Origin: Nitrincola sp.
GTDB lineage: Bacteria > Pseudomonadota > Gammaproteobacteria > Pseudomonadales > Balneatricaceae
NCBI GenBank assembly: GCA_021208565.1
Contig: JAJOJN010000098.1
Span: 313-64,312 of the forward strand
Length of the DNA stretch: 64,000 nt
Direction of reading: 5' to 3'
Shown here: piece by piece, positions 11,226-23,115 of the stretch
Layout: the number at the start of each line of letters is the position of its first letter
How positions within the stretch are numbered: position 1 is the first letter of the stretch
Made by a program: the position numbers and the translations under genes
Notes under the pieces: generated by a model
Seen by the model: only the letters and a program-made list of their open reading frames with translations
Told to the model about the DNA's origin: nothing
Databases searched by the model: none

Positions 11226-11771
11226 TTAATATCGTCGAAGTGCGGCGCTATAGATTATTGGCTGTTGATCCTCATTGAGGCCAGAAAGTCTGAGCTCAAA
11301 CTCTACCGCCCTCACCAGATCGCCGCTTGAAGGTTTTGCTTCAAACTCGTTTTTTTCAATACGACCATCATTATTTTTGTCTATTCCGTAGGCAAATCGG
11401 ATGGACTCTAGACCACTAATTAATCCTTGACCATTACAACGTAGTTGGTCATCACTCACTTGAAAACGATCGATATAGCTGCTTCCCGGTTCTTGAAGTT
11501 GGCCTAAGCAGTTACGACTCCCCTCCACTGCGACATAGGTCAGCCATAAAGTCTTTTCATCGCTTCCCATTTCTACGGCATAGGCTTGTCGTATCGCACG
11601 ACGCAGTTGCAATACCGTAAATCGTTCGATCTCCTGAGCAGAGGTTAAACGTAACTGCGTTTTCCAGCTGGCTTTTCCCGCCATTAAGAATCCAGATATA
11701 CCCAACAGTAAGATACTGCTAATGGTTAAAGAGACCAACAGCTCGGTCAGTGTAAAGCCTCGCTGCTTCAT
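11226..11771 (-). CDS. PilW-like minor pilin
   Basis: MKQRGFTLTELLVSL prepilin motif (ATG 11771); FAYGIDKNNDG motif. Confidence 0.75.
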   Translation of the reverse strand: MKQRGFTLTELLVSLTISSILLLGISGFLMAGKASWKTQLRLTSAQEIERFTVLQLRRAIRQAYAVEMGSDEKTLWLTYVAVEGSRNCLGQLQEPGSSYIDRFQVSDDQLRCNGQGLISGLESIRFAYGIDKNNDGRIEKNEFEAKPSSGDLVRAVEFELRLSGLNEDQQPIIYSAALRRY

Positions 11772-11772
11772 C

Positions 11773-12138
11773 TTAGCAATCCACGGTGACCGGTTGATGC
11801 TGCTGCCAAACCTGTATGGGAGACTGAGGATCTTCTGGATCATGACTGAATAGGCTAGGAAAATGTTGAAGCAAATAATTCTTTTTCTCTAGTTCACTTA
11901 AACTCACTAGATAGCAGCGCTCCTGCCATAAACGCTCTACTGCTTCACCTTGCAATAAGACTTTCCGAGAAAGTTGATGACTTTCATAGGCTAATTGAAG
12001 GCTTCTTAATTGAAGCTGGGTTAAAGCTAGACTACCCGTGGTAAAAATCAGAAGTGTGATCAGGACTTCGATCAGTCCAACACCCTGTTGCTTGAAAAGG
12101 AAGATAAACGGAGAGGTTGTGTTCATAATATGTTCCAT
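11773..12138 (-). CDS. PilV-like minor pilin
   Basis: QQGVGLIEVLITLLIF..G.L.L..LQ prepilin motif; start may be 12126. Confidence 0.7.
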   Translation of the reverse strand: MEHIMNTTSPFIFLFKQQGVGLIEVLITLLIFTTGSLALTQLQLRSLQLAYESHQLSRKVLLQGEAVERLWQERCYLVSLSELEKKNYLLQHFPSLFSHDPEDPQSPIQVWQQHQPVTVDC

Positions 12139-12232
12139 CCTTGAAACATCTGTTGAGGTTGCGCCAATCCCTGGCTAGTGAAATGAGGTTAGTCGTAGAT
12201 CATCTATAGGTCAAGTCGAATGATTTGACGGG

Positions 12233-12676
12233 TTATGCATTCACGACAGGTTGCACTTCTAAAATTTCCACTTCAAACAAAATCGTTTTTCCAGCCAACG
12301 GGTGATTAAAATCTACCGTGACTTTTTCATCACTGAACTCTTGAATCACGCCTGGAACAGCGCCACCAGGTTCTTGGAATGAAACCACTAGTCCCGGCTC
12401 TAATTCCATATCTTTAAACTGGCTGCGTGGCATGACTTGAATATTACTTGGGTTGTGCATCCCAAAACCACGCTCAGGAGCGATGGTTAAGTCCAGATGA
12501 TCGCCAGGCTTTAGCCCAGATAACGCTTGTTCAAATCCTTCAGGTATGTTGCCATCGCCAAATACAAATTTGGCAGGTGTGGCTTGAAAGTTTGAATCAA
12601 TAATCTGTCCATTTTCCAATTTCAGTGCGAAATGCATTGTGACGGCTGTACCTTGTCCCACTGTAATGTCATTCAT
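12233..12676 (-). CDS. fkpB: FKBP-type peptidyl-prolyl isomerase FkpB (SlpA)
   Basis: [12 protein letters not shown] signature; follows lspA. Confidence 0.95.
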   Translation of the reverse strand: MNDITVGQGTAVTMHFALKLENGQIIDSNFQATPAKFVFGDGNIPEGFEQALSGLKPGDHLDLTIAPERGFGMHNPSNIQVMPRSQFKDMELEPGLVVSFQEPGGAVPGVIQEFSDEKVTVDFNHPLAGKTILFEVEILEVQPVVNA

Positions 12677-13232
12677 GATTTTTCCTCATTGGAAGTTGAT
12701 GAACTTTCAGTTCTGCCCGAAATAAAAACCATATCGAAAATCAGTATGGCGGCACCCACGGTGATGGCACTGTCTGCGAGATTAAACGCAGGAAAATACC
12801 AATCGCCATAGTACACAGAGATAAAATCAACAACATAACCATGGATGATACGATCATAGAGGTTGCCTAGAGCACCCCCCCATAATCAGCGCAAGCGCTG
12901 TTCGCATCCACCATTGCTTAGCAGGTGTAGCGCGTAACCATTGTAGTAATACCACACAAACACCTATGGCGACTAGTGCAAAAAACCATCGCTGCCATCC
13001 ACCAGCTCCAGCTAAGAAGCTGAATGCGGCACCCGGGTTGTGTAGTAAGGTCAGGTTAAAAAAAAGGTAACACAGGCACTGGTTGAGCATAAACCAATTG
13101 TGTTGATGCTAACCATTTAGACCCTAAGTCTAGCAGAATCACCAACAGTGTGAGCCAAAGCCATTTCAATGCACCGACTTGCGCAGGCACACCAAAACCC
13201 AGCACTGACCTATTTTCTGCAGCCTTAGGCAT
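12673..13232 (-). CDS. lspA: Lipoprotein signal peptidase II (two apparent frameshifts: A-run 13058-13065, C-run 12875-12881)
   Basis: [37 protein letters not shown] and [11 protein letters not shown] across three frames. Confidence 0.93.
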
Positions 13233-16041
13233 AGTAACGCTGTTCACCTTCACCCGAAACGTTGTCCACACAACGTCCGCATAGCTCTGGATGTTCTTCA
13301 TGACTACCTACATCTTCACGATGGTGCCAGCAACGAGCACATTTAGGATGTTCTGAAGAAGCCACAGACACCTTTAGACCCTCAAGCTGTGTGCCACGCG
13401 CATCCACACCTTCAGCTAATGGCTTTAAGGTGGCCGATGAGGTGATCAATACGAAACGTAACTCATTACCCAACTGAGCCAAGTCAGCTTTCAGAGCATC
13501 ATCGACATAGAGAACCACTTCTGCGGCCAGGGATGCTTTTACCAGTTTTTCATTTCGTGCATCTTCAAGACACTTATTGACCGCATCTTTGACGGCCATC
13601 ACTCGACGCCAGTAAGCATCGCCTAAGGTATCTTCCGCGGATAAGGTGAATAAACCTTCGTACCAGGTGCTTAACAGGACGCTTTCACGACGACTGCCTG
13701 GCAGCACTTCGTAGATCTCTTCAGCGGTAAAGCTCAAGATCGGTGCGATCCAGCGTGTTAGGGCTTCAGCAATGTGATACAGCGCTGTCTGACAGGAACG
13801 ACGCGCCAAGCTATCCACTTGGGTGGTGTACTGTCGATCTTTGATGATATCCAGATAGAAACCACCGAGTTCATGCACACAGAAGTTATGTACCGCTTGG
13901 TAGACGTCTAAGAAACGGTAATCATCATAAGCCGCAATAATTTTTTGCTGTAAACGCCAAGTTGCATCAACGGCCCAGCGATCCAAGGTGAGCATTTTTT
14001 CTGGATCAACTAGATCAGATGCAGGATCAAAGCCATTCAAGTTAGCCAGCAAGAAACGCGCTGTATTACGGATTCGACGATAGGAGTCCGCTGTACGCTG
14101 GAGGATTTGCTTCGATACTGCCATTTCACCTGAGTAATCGGTTGCGGCTACCCATAAACGCAGAATATCAGCACCCATGCTGTCGGTGACTTCTTGTGGT
14201 GCGATAACGTTGCCCAATGATTTGGACATTTTGTAGCCTTTCTCATCCACAACGAAGCCGTGCGTTAACACCTGTTTGTATGGCGCCACACCATTAATGG
14301 CAATCGATGTTTTCAATGAGGATTGGAACCAGCCACGATGCTGATCAGAACCTTCGAGGTACATATCCGCAGGGAATTGCAGCTCTTCGCGTGTTCTGAG
14401 AACCGAATGGTGTGTCGTACCCGAATCAAACCAGACATCCAACGTATCAGTAACCTTGTCGTAATCCGCTGCTTCAGCACCCAATAGCTCTGATGGATCG
14501 AGTTCAAACCAAGCATCGATACCCTCTTTTTCGATCCGCAGCGCAACAGCTTCAATCAGTTCTTGCGTGCGTGGGTGCAGTTCACCAGTTTGCTTATGCG
14601 TAAACAGCGTGATGGGGACACCCCAAGTACGTTGACGTGAAACACACCAATCAGGGCTTTGTTCGAACATCGCCTCGATACGTGCTTGACCCCAACCTGG
14701 GAACCACTGCACGCCTTTGATCGCCTCTAAGGCATCAGCACGCAGGTTTTTATCATCCATCGACACGAACCATTGTGGAGTCGCACGATAAATCAGTGGC
14801 GTTTTGGTACGCCAGCAGTGTGGATAGCTATGCTGGAATTTTTTCAGATGCACCAGCTTCTTTTCACGCGTCAAGGCATCGCAGACTGGATCATCGGCCT
14901 TATAGACGTGAATACCTGCAAACTCACCCGCCGCATCACTGTAGGTACCATTAGCTTGCACAAGGTTTAGTGTACCTAATCCATAAGCCTGACCAACGAC
15001 AAAGTCTTCCATACCGTGATCAGGAGCCGTATGAACTGCACCAGTACCAGCATCCGTGGTGACGTGATCGCCCAATATAACGGGAACATGGCGGTCATAA
15101 ATCGGATGCTGTAATAATTGACCTTCCAGCAACTTGCCGGAACAGCGCGCAATCACATCAAATTGCTGAATACCCCAGCGCGCCATGATGTCTTCCACCA
15201 TATCCGCGGCCAGAATTAAACGCTCTTTGCCCTGATTAACGGCAGTTTCCACCAGCGCGTAATCCAATTCAGCATTCAAAGATACCGCTTGGTTGGCCGG
15301 AATGGTCCAAGGTGTGGTGGTCCAGATGACGATAGAGACAGGACCGAAACCATCGGTGTTACCAAAGAGTTTTAGCACCGCCGCTTCATTAACAACACTA
15401 AAGCGCACATCGATCGCGGTAGAGGTTTTTTCTTGATACTCAACTTCCGCTTCGGCCAACGCTGACTGACCCACAACACTCCAATAAACTGGCTTGTAAC
15501 CCTTAACCAGATGACCATTTTCGATGATACGACCGAGGGAGCGAACAATATTCGCTTCGGTTTCAGCATTCATGGTTAAGTAGGGATTTTCCCAGTCACC
15601 AATCACACCCAAACGGATAAAATCGGCTTTTTGCCCTTCGATCTGTTGCTGAGCATAGTCACGACAATGCTGACGAAACTCACGGAAAGGTACTTTATCG
15701 CCAGCGCGACCAATAGTGGTTTCTACCTTGTGTTCAATGGGCAGACCGTGGCAGTCCCAACCAGGAATGTAGGGTGCGTCATAACCACTCAGCGTTTTCG
15801 ATTTGACGATCATATCCTTGATCACTTTATTCACAGCGTGACCAATATGAATACTACCATTTGCATAAGGAGGGCCATCATGCAGAATGAACTTGCGACG
15901 TCCTTGACCCTCTTCACGTAGGCGCGCATAGAGATCAATTTCAGCCCAACGCGCTAATCGAGCAGGTTCACGTTCCGGCAGATTACCGCGCATCGGAAAC
16001 TCAGTTTCCGGTAGGTTCAAGGTAGATTTATAATCGGTCAT
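13225..16041 (-). CDS. ileS: Isoleucyl-tRNA synthetase
   Basis: Start [11 protein letters not shown] (16041), [19 protein letters not shown]-terminal CARCW zinc motif. Confidence 0.98.
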   Translation of the reverse strand: MTDYKSTLNLPETEFPMRGNLPEREPARLARWAEIDLYARLREEGQGRRKFILHDGPPYANGSIHIGHAVNKVIKDMIVKSKTLSGYDAPYIPGWDCHGLPIEHKVETTIGRAGDKVPFREFRQHCRDYAQQQIEGQKADFIRLGVIGDWENPYLTMNAETEANIVRSLGRIIENGHLVKGYKPVYWSVVGQSALAEAEVEYQEKTSTAIDVRFSVVNEAAVLKLFGNTDGFGPVSIVIWTTTPWTIPANQAVSLNAELDYALVETAVNQGKERLILAADMVEDIMARWGIQQFDVIARCSGKLLEGQLLQHPIYDRHVPVILGDHVTTDAGTGAVHTAPDHGMEDFVVGQAYGLGTLNLVQANGTYSDAAGEFAGIHVYKADDPVCDALTREKKLVHLKKFQHSYPHCWRTKTPLIYRATPQWFVSMDDKNLRADALEAIKGVQWFPGWGQARIEAMFEQSPDWCVSRQRTWGVPITLFTHKQTGELHPRTQELIEAVALRIEKEGIDAWFELDPSELLGAEAADYDKVTDTLDVWFDSGTTHHSVLRTREELQFPADMYLEGSDQHRGWFQSSLKTSIAINGVAPYKQVLTHGFVVDEKGYKMSKSLGNVIAPQEVTDSMGADILRLWVAATDYSGEMAVSKQILQRTADSYRRIRNTARFLLANLNGFDPASDLVDPEKMLTLDRWAVDATWRLQQKIIAAYDDYRFLDVYQAVHNFCVHELGGFYLDIIKDRQYTTQVDSLARRSCQTALYHIAEALTRWIAPILSFTAEEIYEVLPGSRRESVLLSTWYEGLFTLSAEDTLGDAYWRRVMAVKDAVNKCLEDARNEKLVKASLAAEVVLYVDDALKADLAQLGNELRFVLITSSATLKPLAEGVDARGTQLEGLKVSVASSEHPKCARCWHHREDVGSHEEHPELCGRCVDNVSGEGEQRYYA

Positions 16042-16042
16042 A

Positions 16043-16999
16043 TCAATTAACTTCCGCTTGTGAATGCTGCTCTGGCGTTTGGTCAAACCACTGCCGAGCG
16101 GTTTCAATATCTAAAGAAATTTGTGTTTTGAGGGCTTCAAGCCCCTCGAAGCGCTTTTCAGGCCTTATAAAATGCAGAAACTCGACCTGCATTAACTGTC
16201 CGTAGATCTCTTCCGACCAGTCAAACAGATGAACTTCTAGTACAGGCAATCGACCATTAAGAGTGGGTCTCACGCCAACATTACTGATGCCACGAACGGC
16301 GTGACCATTGAAACGAGCTATTACCGTATAAACACCCTGCAAGGGACAACGAAACCGATGCATTCTGACATTGGCGGTGGGCACACCCAGTTGGCGGCCA
16401 ATTTTATTGCCATGTTGCACACGTCCAGTGACACAATAGGGACGTCCTAGCAGGGTTTGAGATAACTCAAAGTCACCACGCATCAGCGTTTCACGAATCC
16501 GTGTACTACTGACGCGTTGCTCTTGTATTTCAAAGGTATGCGTATGCTCAACCGTAAAACCATGGTTCTTTCCGGCCGCTTCCAGCATGGCATAATCACC
16601 CTTGCGATCACAGCCAAAACGGAAGTCATCGCCCACCACAAAATGGCGAACATTCAATCCATTTAACAGTAACTCATCAACAAACGCCTGTGCGGACATA
16701 CTGCGCAAGCGTGCATTGAAGGTTAAACACACCACACGATCGATTCCTTCATCGCGCAACAAGCGCACTTTTTCATCAAAACGGGTGAGTCTAGGTGGCG
16801 CATCATGGCCAGCAAAGAACTCACGCGGTTGCGGTTCAAAAATAATCGCCACACTGGGCAAGCCTAATTCCTTGGCTTTTGACTTCACTTGCTCGAGCAC
16901 TTTTTGATGACCCAAATGCACGCCATCAAAATTACCGATGGTTGCTACACAACCCCGGTGCTTATCGCGCAAATTATGTAAGCCTCGAATCAGTTCCAT
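16043..16999 (-). CDS. ribF: Riboflavin kinase/FAD synthetase
   Basis: [24 protein letters not shown]. Confidence 0.97.
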   Translation of the reverse strand: MELIRGLHNLRDKHRGCVATIGNFDGVHLGHQKVLEQVKSKAKELGLPSVAIIFEPQPREFFAGHDAPPRLTRFDEKVRLLRDEGIDRVVCLTFNARLRSMSAQAFVDELLLNGLNVRHFVVGDDFRFGCDRKGDYAMLEAAGKNHGFTVEHTHTFEIQEQRVSSTRIRETLMRGDFELSQTLLGRPYCVTGRVQHGNKIGRQLGVPTANVRMHRFRCPLQGVYTVIARFNGHAVRGISNVGVRPTLNGRLPVLEVHLFDWSEEIYGQLMQVEFLHFIRPEKRFEGLEALKTQISLDIETARQWFDQTPEQHSQAEVN

Positions 17000-17074
17000 G
17001 CTAGTGTCTTAAATTGAAATCAAAGGCGCGCATTATAGTCGAAAAAGCGCTCAATTATCAGCCCCAAGAGCGCT

Positions 17075-18629
17075 TCAGGCGCGTAAATGTCTCAAACGCA
17101 AGCCCATGATCGCCTGCACCATTAAATAGATCAGGATACCACCTAGCACTAACCAGAGCATTTGCTCAACCCGCTGCCATAACCCCATCGCCAACCAGGC
17201 TTCTGTAGTACCACGAAAATACAGCAGAAAAGCCAGCATCACAGCGTTCGCAACCAGATTGCGCAACCAGACGCCAGACCAGCCTGGCTGCCATTGCAAG
17301 ACATCCGCTTTTCTAAGTCCTTGCATCAACATGGCGGCATTTAAAAAAAGCGGACAATGAAGTCGCCAAGGCCAAACCCACATGATCCAAAGGCCAAACT
17401 AGGATCAAGTTAAACACCATATTGGCCGCCATCGCCCAAATCGCGATCCGCACGGGTGTTTTCATATCCTGACGAGAGAAATACCCCGTGGCGAGCACTT
17501 TGATCAACATGAAGGCCAGCAAACCCACGGCATAGGCTTTTAAACTCATGCCAGCCATCATCACATCACGATCCTGCATCTGGCCATAATGAAACAAGGT
17601 AGCAATCATGGGTTCAGCCAGCACGATCAATGCCAGCGCCGCCGGCAGGCCGATCAACAATATCATGCGCAACGCCCAATCCATGGTCGCGGCAAAACGC
17701 TGCGGACTCTTTTCAGCGTGATTTCGTGATAGCGCGGGCAGAATCACTGTCGCTATGGCAATACCAAACACACCAAGCGGTAACTCCACTAGACGATCAG
17801 AGTAGTAAAGCCATGAAACACTTCCATCCTGTAAGAAAGACGCCAACACGGTATCCAGCAATAAATTGATCTGTGCCACCGATACGCCGAATAGTGCAGG
17901 TACCATCAATTTCATGATGCGCTGCACACCTTCATCTTTCCAGCCAGGTGTCGGCCTAGGTAAGAGTCTCAATCGAGCTAAAAAAGGCAATTGAAATAAC
18001 AACTGCATCACACCAGCCAAGAAAACACCCCAGGCCATACCCATAATCGGCGGATCCATCATCGGACTGATCCAGAGCGCTGCGACAATCAGGCAAACAT
18101 TGAGCAATACAGGTGTAAACGCAGGAATCGCAAAACGCTCATAGCTATTCAAAATAGCGCCACAAAATGCGGTGAGCGAAATCAATAACAGATAAGGAAA
18201 GGTGATTCTAAGCATTTCAGCCGCTAACGGAAAACGCTCATCATCAGCCAAGTAAAAACCAGGAGCAAAGAGTGCCGCCAACAGAGGAGCCGCCATCATT
18301 GCCACAAGCGTAATCATCAACAGGGTTAAACCCAAGGTACCCGCCACACGGTTAACCAGCAACTGTACTGCATTGAGATCACGCTGCGTACGATATTCCG
18401 ATAACACCGGTACGAAGGCTTGCGAGAAAGCCCCCTCTGCAAATAAACGACGCAAAAAGTTAGGGATTTTGAAAGCTACAAAAAAAGCATCAGCGTGTCC
18501 GCCAGCGCCAAACACCGAAGCGACAATCACATCTCGCGCCAAACCTAACACTCGTGAAATCAGCGTCATGACGCCAACCACACCGCTGGATCTTAACAAG
18601 CCACCTTTTCGCTTTTCTGTCGCGTCCAA
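17075..18629 (-). CDS. murJ: Lipid II flippase MurJ (apparent frameshift in A-run 17343-17349)
   Basis: SRVLGLARD, DAFFVAFKIPNFLRRLFAEGAFSQAFVP. Likely TTG start at 18629 behind GGAG; C-terminus in ORF 17075..17383. Confidence 0.95.
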
Positions 18630-18746
18630 ATCTGCATTACTCCGTGTGTTTGTGTTATTCTTGCCCTTGATCGGCAGGACGCGCAAATAATAGCGCGCTT
18701 TAGGTGCCGCTCATAGCGTACGCGCGTGAGAAATCGTGATAAACAG

Positions 18747-18775
18747 TTGACATTCCCTTCACAAGCAGGAATAAT
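18747..18775 (+). promoter_or_regulatory. Sigma70 promoter of rpsT
   Basis: TTGACA-17 bp-AATAAT. Confidence 0.7.
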
Positions 18776-18842
18776 TTCGCGTCTGTTTTCCGGCACTACT
18801 ACCGCCGTAATTTGATCAACCTAAGTTTAAAGGAGCCAGACT

Positions 18843-19106
18843 GTGGCTAATTCCGCAGGATCCCGTAAACGTGCTCGCCAGGCGGAGAAGCGTCGTCAGC
18901 AAAACGCTAGCCTGCGCTCCATGGCGCGTACCTACTTGAAAAAAGTTATCAATGCTATCGCCGCTGGCGACAAAGCTGCTGCTGAAGCAGCGTTCAAAAC
19001 GGCTCAACCCGTTTTGGATAGCTCTGTAAACAAAGGCATCTTCCACGCCAACAAAGTTGCGCGCCACAAGAGCCGTTTGTCTGCAAAAATCAAAGCAATG
19101 GCTTAA
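18843..19106 (+). CDS. rpsT: 30S ribosomal protein S20
   Basis: [18 protein letters not shown]...[16 protein letters not shown]. Confidence 0.98.
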   Translation: MANSAGSRKRARQAEKRRQQNASLRSMARTYLKKVINAIAAGDKAAAEAAFKTAQPVLDSSVNKGIFHANKVARHKSRLSAKIKAMA

Positions 19107-19119
19107 TTTAAGCCATTTC

Positions 19120-19148
19120 AAAAAAAACCGGCTAATGCCGGTTTTTTT
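19120..19148. terminator. Bidirectional terminator between rpsT and proB
   Basis: A8-CCGGC-TAAT-GCCGG-T7. Confidence 0.9.
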
Positions 19149-19187
19149 GTATCCCTTTTATTAGGGCAGGCTAATTTATAAGCCTGA

Positions 19188-20307
19188 CTAGGCCAATACC
19201 ATATTATCTCGTGAACCAACTCTTCTTCACCGACAAAACCCAGCAATCCCTCAATCGCCTTGGTAGGGTGACGCATGATTTTCCGGGCATCATCAGCACC
19301 GTAGTTAACCAAACCACGCGCAATCACCGATCCCGCTTCATCCTGAATCATCACCATTTCACCACGAGAGAAATCACCCGTAACATTGATCACCCCCGCG
19401 GGCAACAGACTTCGACCACCAGTCGTCAAGGCTTTAACCGCCCTGTATCAACAATCAATGCCCCACGCGCCTGCAAATGCCCGGCGATCCATTGCTTACG
19501 AGCCGCCATAGGTTCACGATCAGGCGTTAGCAGCGTACCTATCACCTCACCCCCAAACAGACGACAAAGAACATTTTCCTCACGACCACTGGCAATTACA
19601 GTAACCGCACCAGAACGAGCCGCTAAACGCGCCGCACGCACTTTAGTAATCATGCCACCACGACCCAGAAGACCGCCATCACCCGCAACAGCCTGAACCT
19701 GCTCATCCTCTGCACGCGCTTCAAGAATCAATTCAGCACGGGGATCATGGCGCGGATCAGCGGTAAACAAACCCTTCTGATCTGTTAATAAAATCAAGGC
19801 ATCCGCTTCCACTGCATTCGCCACTAGGGCTCCAAGAGTATCGTTGTCACCAAAACGTATCTCGCTGGTCACCACTGTGTCATTTTCATTGACAACCGCC
19901 ACAACACCCAGCTCAATTAGCGTCCGAAGCGTAGAGCGTGCGTTCAAGTAACGCTTACGATTAGAAAGATCATCATGAGTGAGAAGCACCTGTGCTGTAT
20001 GCACACCATGCTTCCAGAAGCAGGCTTCCCAGGTTTGCACCAAGCCCATCTGCCCCACGGCAGCAGCTGCCTGCAAACGAAACACCTCACTGGGTCGAGT
20101 CTTCCAACCCAAGCGATTCATACCTTCAGCAACCGCTCCAGAAGAGACTAAAACCACTTCGATACCCGCTTCACGAAGGCGAACCAATTGCTCAACCCAA
20201 CGTGAAATAGCCTGCTCATCTAAGCCCTGTCCATCATTGGTTAGCAGTGAACTGCCTATCTTTACGACCCAACGCCCTCGACCCACTAATCGCTCACGCC
20301 CTGCCAT
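19188..20307 (-). CDS. proB: Glutamate 5-kinase (apparent frameshifts ~19440 and ~19210)
   Basis: [26 protein letters not shown]; PUA domain SLLPAGV...ARGLVNY in the next frame. Confidence 0.95.
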
Positions 20308-20323
20308 ACCTGCTTACTCTCCG

Positions 20324-21544
<1,221 letters not shown>

Positions 21545-21562
21545 TCAAATTTTTAAATCATC

Positions 21563-21612
21563 GCCGCTCTTGTGCATCCATGCACTCGCGGCATATGATG
21601 CATCCATGCATA
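21563..21612 (-). promoter_or_regulatory. Two tandem hairpins with AUGGAU loops in the obgE leader
   Basis: GCCGC-tctt-GTGC-ATCCAT-GCAC-tc-GCGGC, then ATGC-ATCCAT-GCAT. Confidence 0.6.
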
Positions 21613-21613
21613 T

Positions 21614-21644
21614 AAAAAAAAGCCCCGCTAGGCGGAGCTTTTTT
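21614..21644 (-). terminator. Terminator after rpmA
   Basis: Minus strand GCTCCGC-CTA-GCGGGGC followed by a T-run. Confidence 0.85.
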
Positions 21645-21665
21645 CGTGTGCGGGTAAAAGACTGC

Positions 21666-21923
21666 TTACGCAGGTACGACTGTAACGTACTGGCGCTTTT
21701 GCGGGCCTTTTACTACAAACTTGACTACGCCATCTGCTGTTGCAAATAGAGTGTGGTCTTTACCAAGACCTACGTTTTCACCAGCGTGAAATTTAGTGCC
21801 GCGCTGACGAACCAAGATGTTACCAGCGATAACAGCTTGTCCACCGAAACGCTTAACACCTAGACGCTTAGACTGTGAGTCGCGGCCGTTACGCGTTGAA
21901 CCACCTGCCTTCTTATGAGCCAT
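21666..21923 (-). CDS. rpmA: 50S ribosomal protein L27
   Basis: [16 protein letters not shown]. Confidence 0.99.
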   Translation of the reverse strand: MAHKKAGGSTRNGRDSQSKRLGVKRFGGQAVIAGNILVRQRGTKFHAGENVGLGKDHTLFATADGVVKFVVKGPQKRQYVTVVPA

Positions 21924-21956
21924 TATATCTCTCCTATGCGTTTTTCGGCAGCGTGC

Positions 21957-22268
21957 TTATGCACTGATACCGGTAATCTTAACTTCAGTAAACCACTGAC
22001 GGTGGCCCTGACGCTTCATGTGGTGCTTACGACGACGGAACTTGATGATAGTGACCTTGTCTCCGCGACCGTGGCTTACCACTTCAGCAGACACTTTAGC
22101 ACCTTCAACAACCGGCGCACCTACAGTGACGTTATCGCCATTGCTAACCAGCAATACGCGATCGAATTCCACTTTACCGCCTTGCTCTACTGCCAATTTT
22201 TCTAGCTTTAGAGTTTGACCTTCCTGTACACGGTATTGCTTACCGCCACTTACAATTACTGCGAACAT
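21957..22268 (-). CDS. rplU: 50S ribosomal protein L21
   Basis: [14 protein letters not shown]...GHRQWFT. Confidence 0.99.
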   Translation of the reverse strand: MFAVIVSGGKQYRVQEGQTLKLEKLAVEQGGKVEFDRVLLVSNGDNVTVGAPVVEGAKVSAEVVSHGRGDKVTIIKFRRRKHHMKRQGHRQWFTEVKITGISA

Positions 22269-22388
22269 AATTTTCTCCAGGTTACGCTTGTCTGGCTACT
22301 AGAAACGAAACCTGCTTCTAAGGGCTGCTTTTCAGCATGCTTAAACCCTATAACAGGGAGCGTGATTTAGACAAGCTCAGGGCGCGCA

Positions 22389-22417
22389 ATTATACAGAGA
22401 TAGCGAACCACATTCAA
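22389..22417 (-). promoter_or_regulatory. Sigma70 promoter of rplU-rpmA
   Basis: Minus strand TTGAAT-17 bp-TATAAT followed by a GC-rich discriminator (TGCGCGCC). Confidence 0.8.
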
Positions 22418-22447
22418 CCTTAAGATCCGAAAAAGAATACACTCCGA

Positions 22448-23017
22448 TCAAAAAGAATCTCGCCTGATAAAACAGTCCTGCTCATGATCGTTGACCATTC
22501 CCACAGCCTGCATAAAGGCATAACAGATCGTGGGACCCACGAATTTAAAACCCCGCTTTTTTAATGCACGACTCATCGCTTGTGATTCAGAGGTTTGTGT
22601 CGGTATCTCTTCAAAAGCGCGGGGTAGTGACAGGAGGGGTTGATGGTTAACAAACCCCCAGAGAAAGTCACTTAAACTCACCCCTTCATGCTGAAGTGCC
22701 AGCACTACTTTTGCATTGCTGATCGCCGCATTAATCTTGAGCCGATTGCGAATAATGCCATCATTTAAAAGCAACTGCTCAACATCTCGTTCCGTAAAAG
22801 CAGCCACTTTAGCCACTTCAAAATTACAGAATGCCTCTCGGTAAGCCTCTCGCTTGCGCAAAATCGTAATCCAACTCAATCCCGCCTGCGCACCTTCTAA
22901 AATGAGCATTTCAAATAAATGCCGATCATCATAAACTGGCCTGCCCCACTCATGGTCATGATAGTGGATATAAAGAGGATCGTTAGTACACCAACGGCAT
23001 CGTTTTTTATCATTCAT
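22448..23017 (-). CDS. tag: DNA-3-methyladenine glycosylase I
   Basis: RCRW, YHDHEWG, LEGAQAGLSW, GFKFVGPTICYAFMQAVGMVNDH..C. Confidence 0.95.
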   Translation of the reverse strand: MNDKKRCRWCTNDPLYIHYHDHEWGRPVYDDRHLFEMLILEGAQAGLSWITILRKREAYREAFCNFEVAKVAAFTERDVEQLLLNDGIIRNRLKINAAISNAKVVLALQHEGVSLSDFLWGFVNHQPLLSLPRAFEEIPTQTSESQAMSRALKKRGFKFVGPTICYAFMQAVGMVNDHEQDCFIRRDSF

Positions 23018-23052
23018 TCCCGTCTAACCCTATAGTAGAAGCGCTCAGTTTC

Positions 23053-23081
23053 TTGACATCAAGCCCTCTACTCCCTAGCAT
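23053..23081 (+). promoter_or_regulatory. Probable sigma70 promoter of ispB
   Basis: TTGACA-17 bp-TAGCAT. Confidence 0.6.
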
Positions 23082-23115
23082 TCAGCCATCATTAATTTTC
23101 CAGCCATTCGAATTC

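Noticed and set aside
16042-16107. N-terminal extensions given by the ORF track (ileS; likewise putA, glyA, ispB, murJ, pilW)
   Set aside because: Longest-ORF artefacts; downstream starts match family N-termini and RBS positions better.
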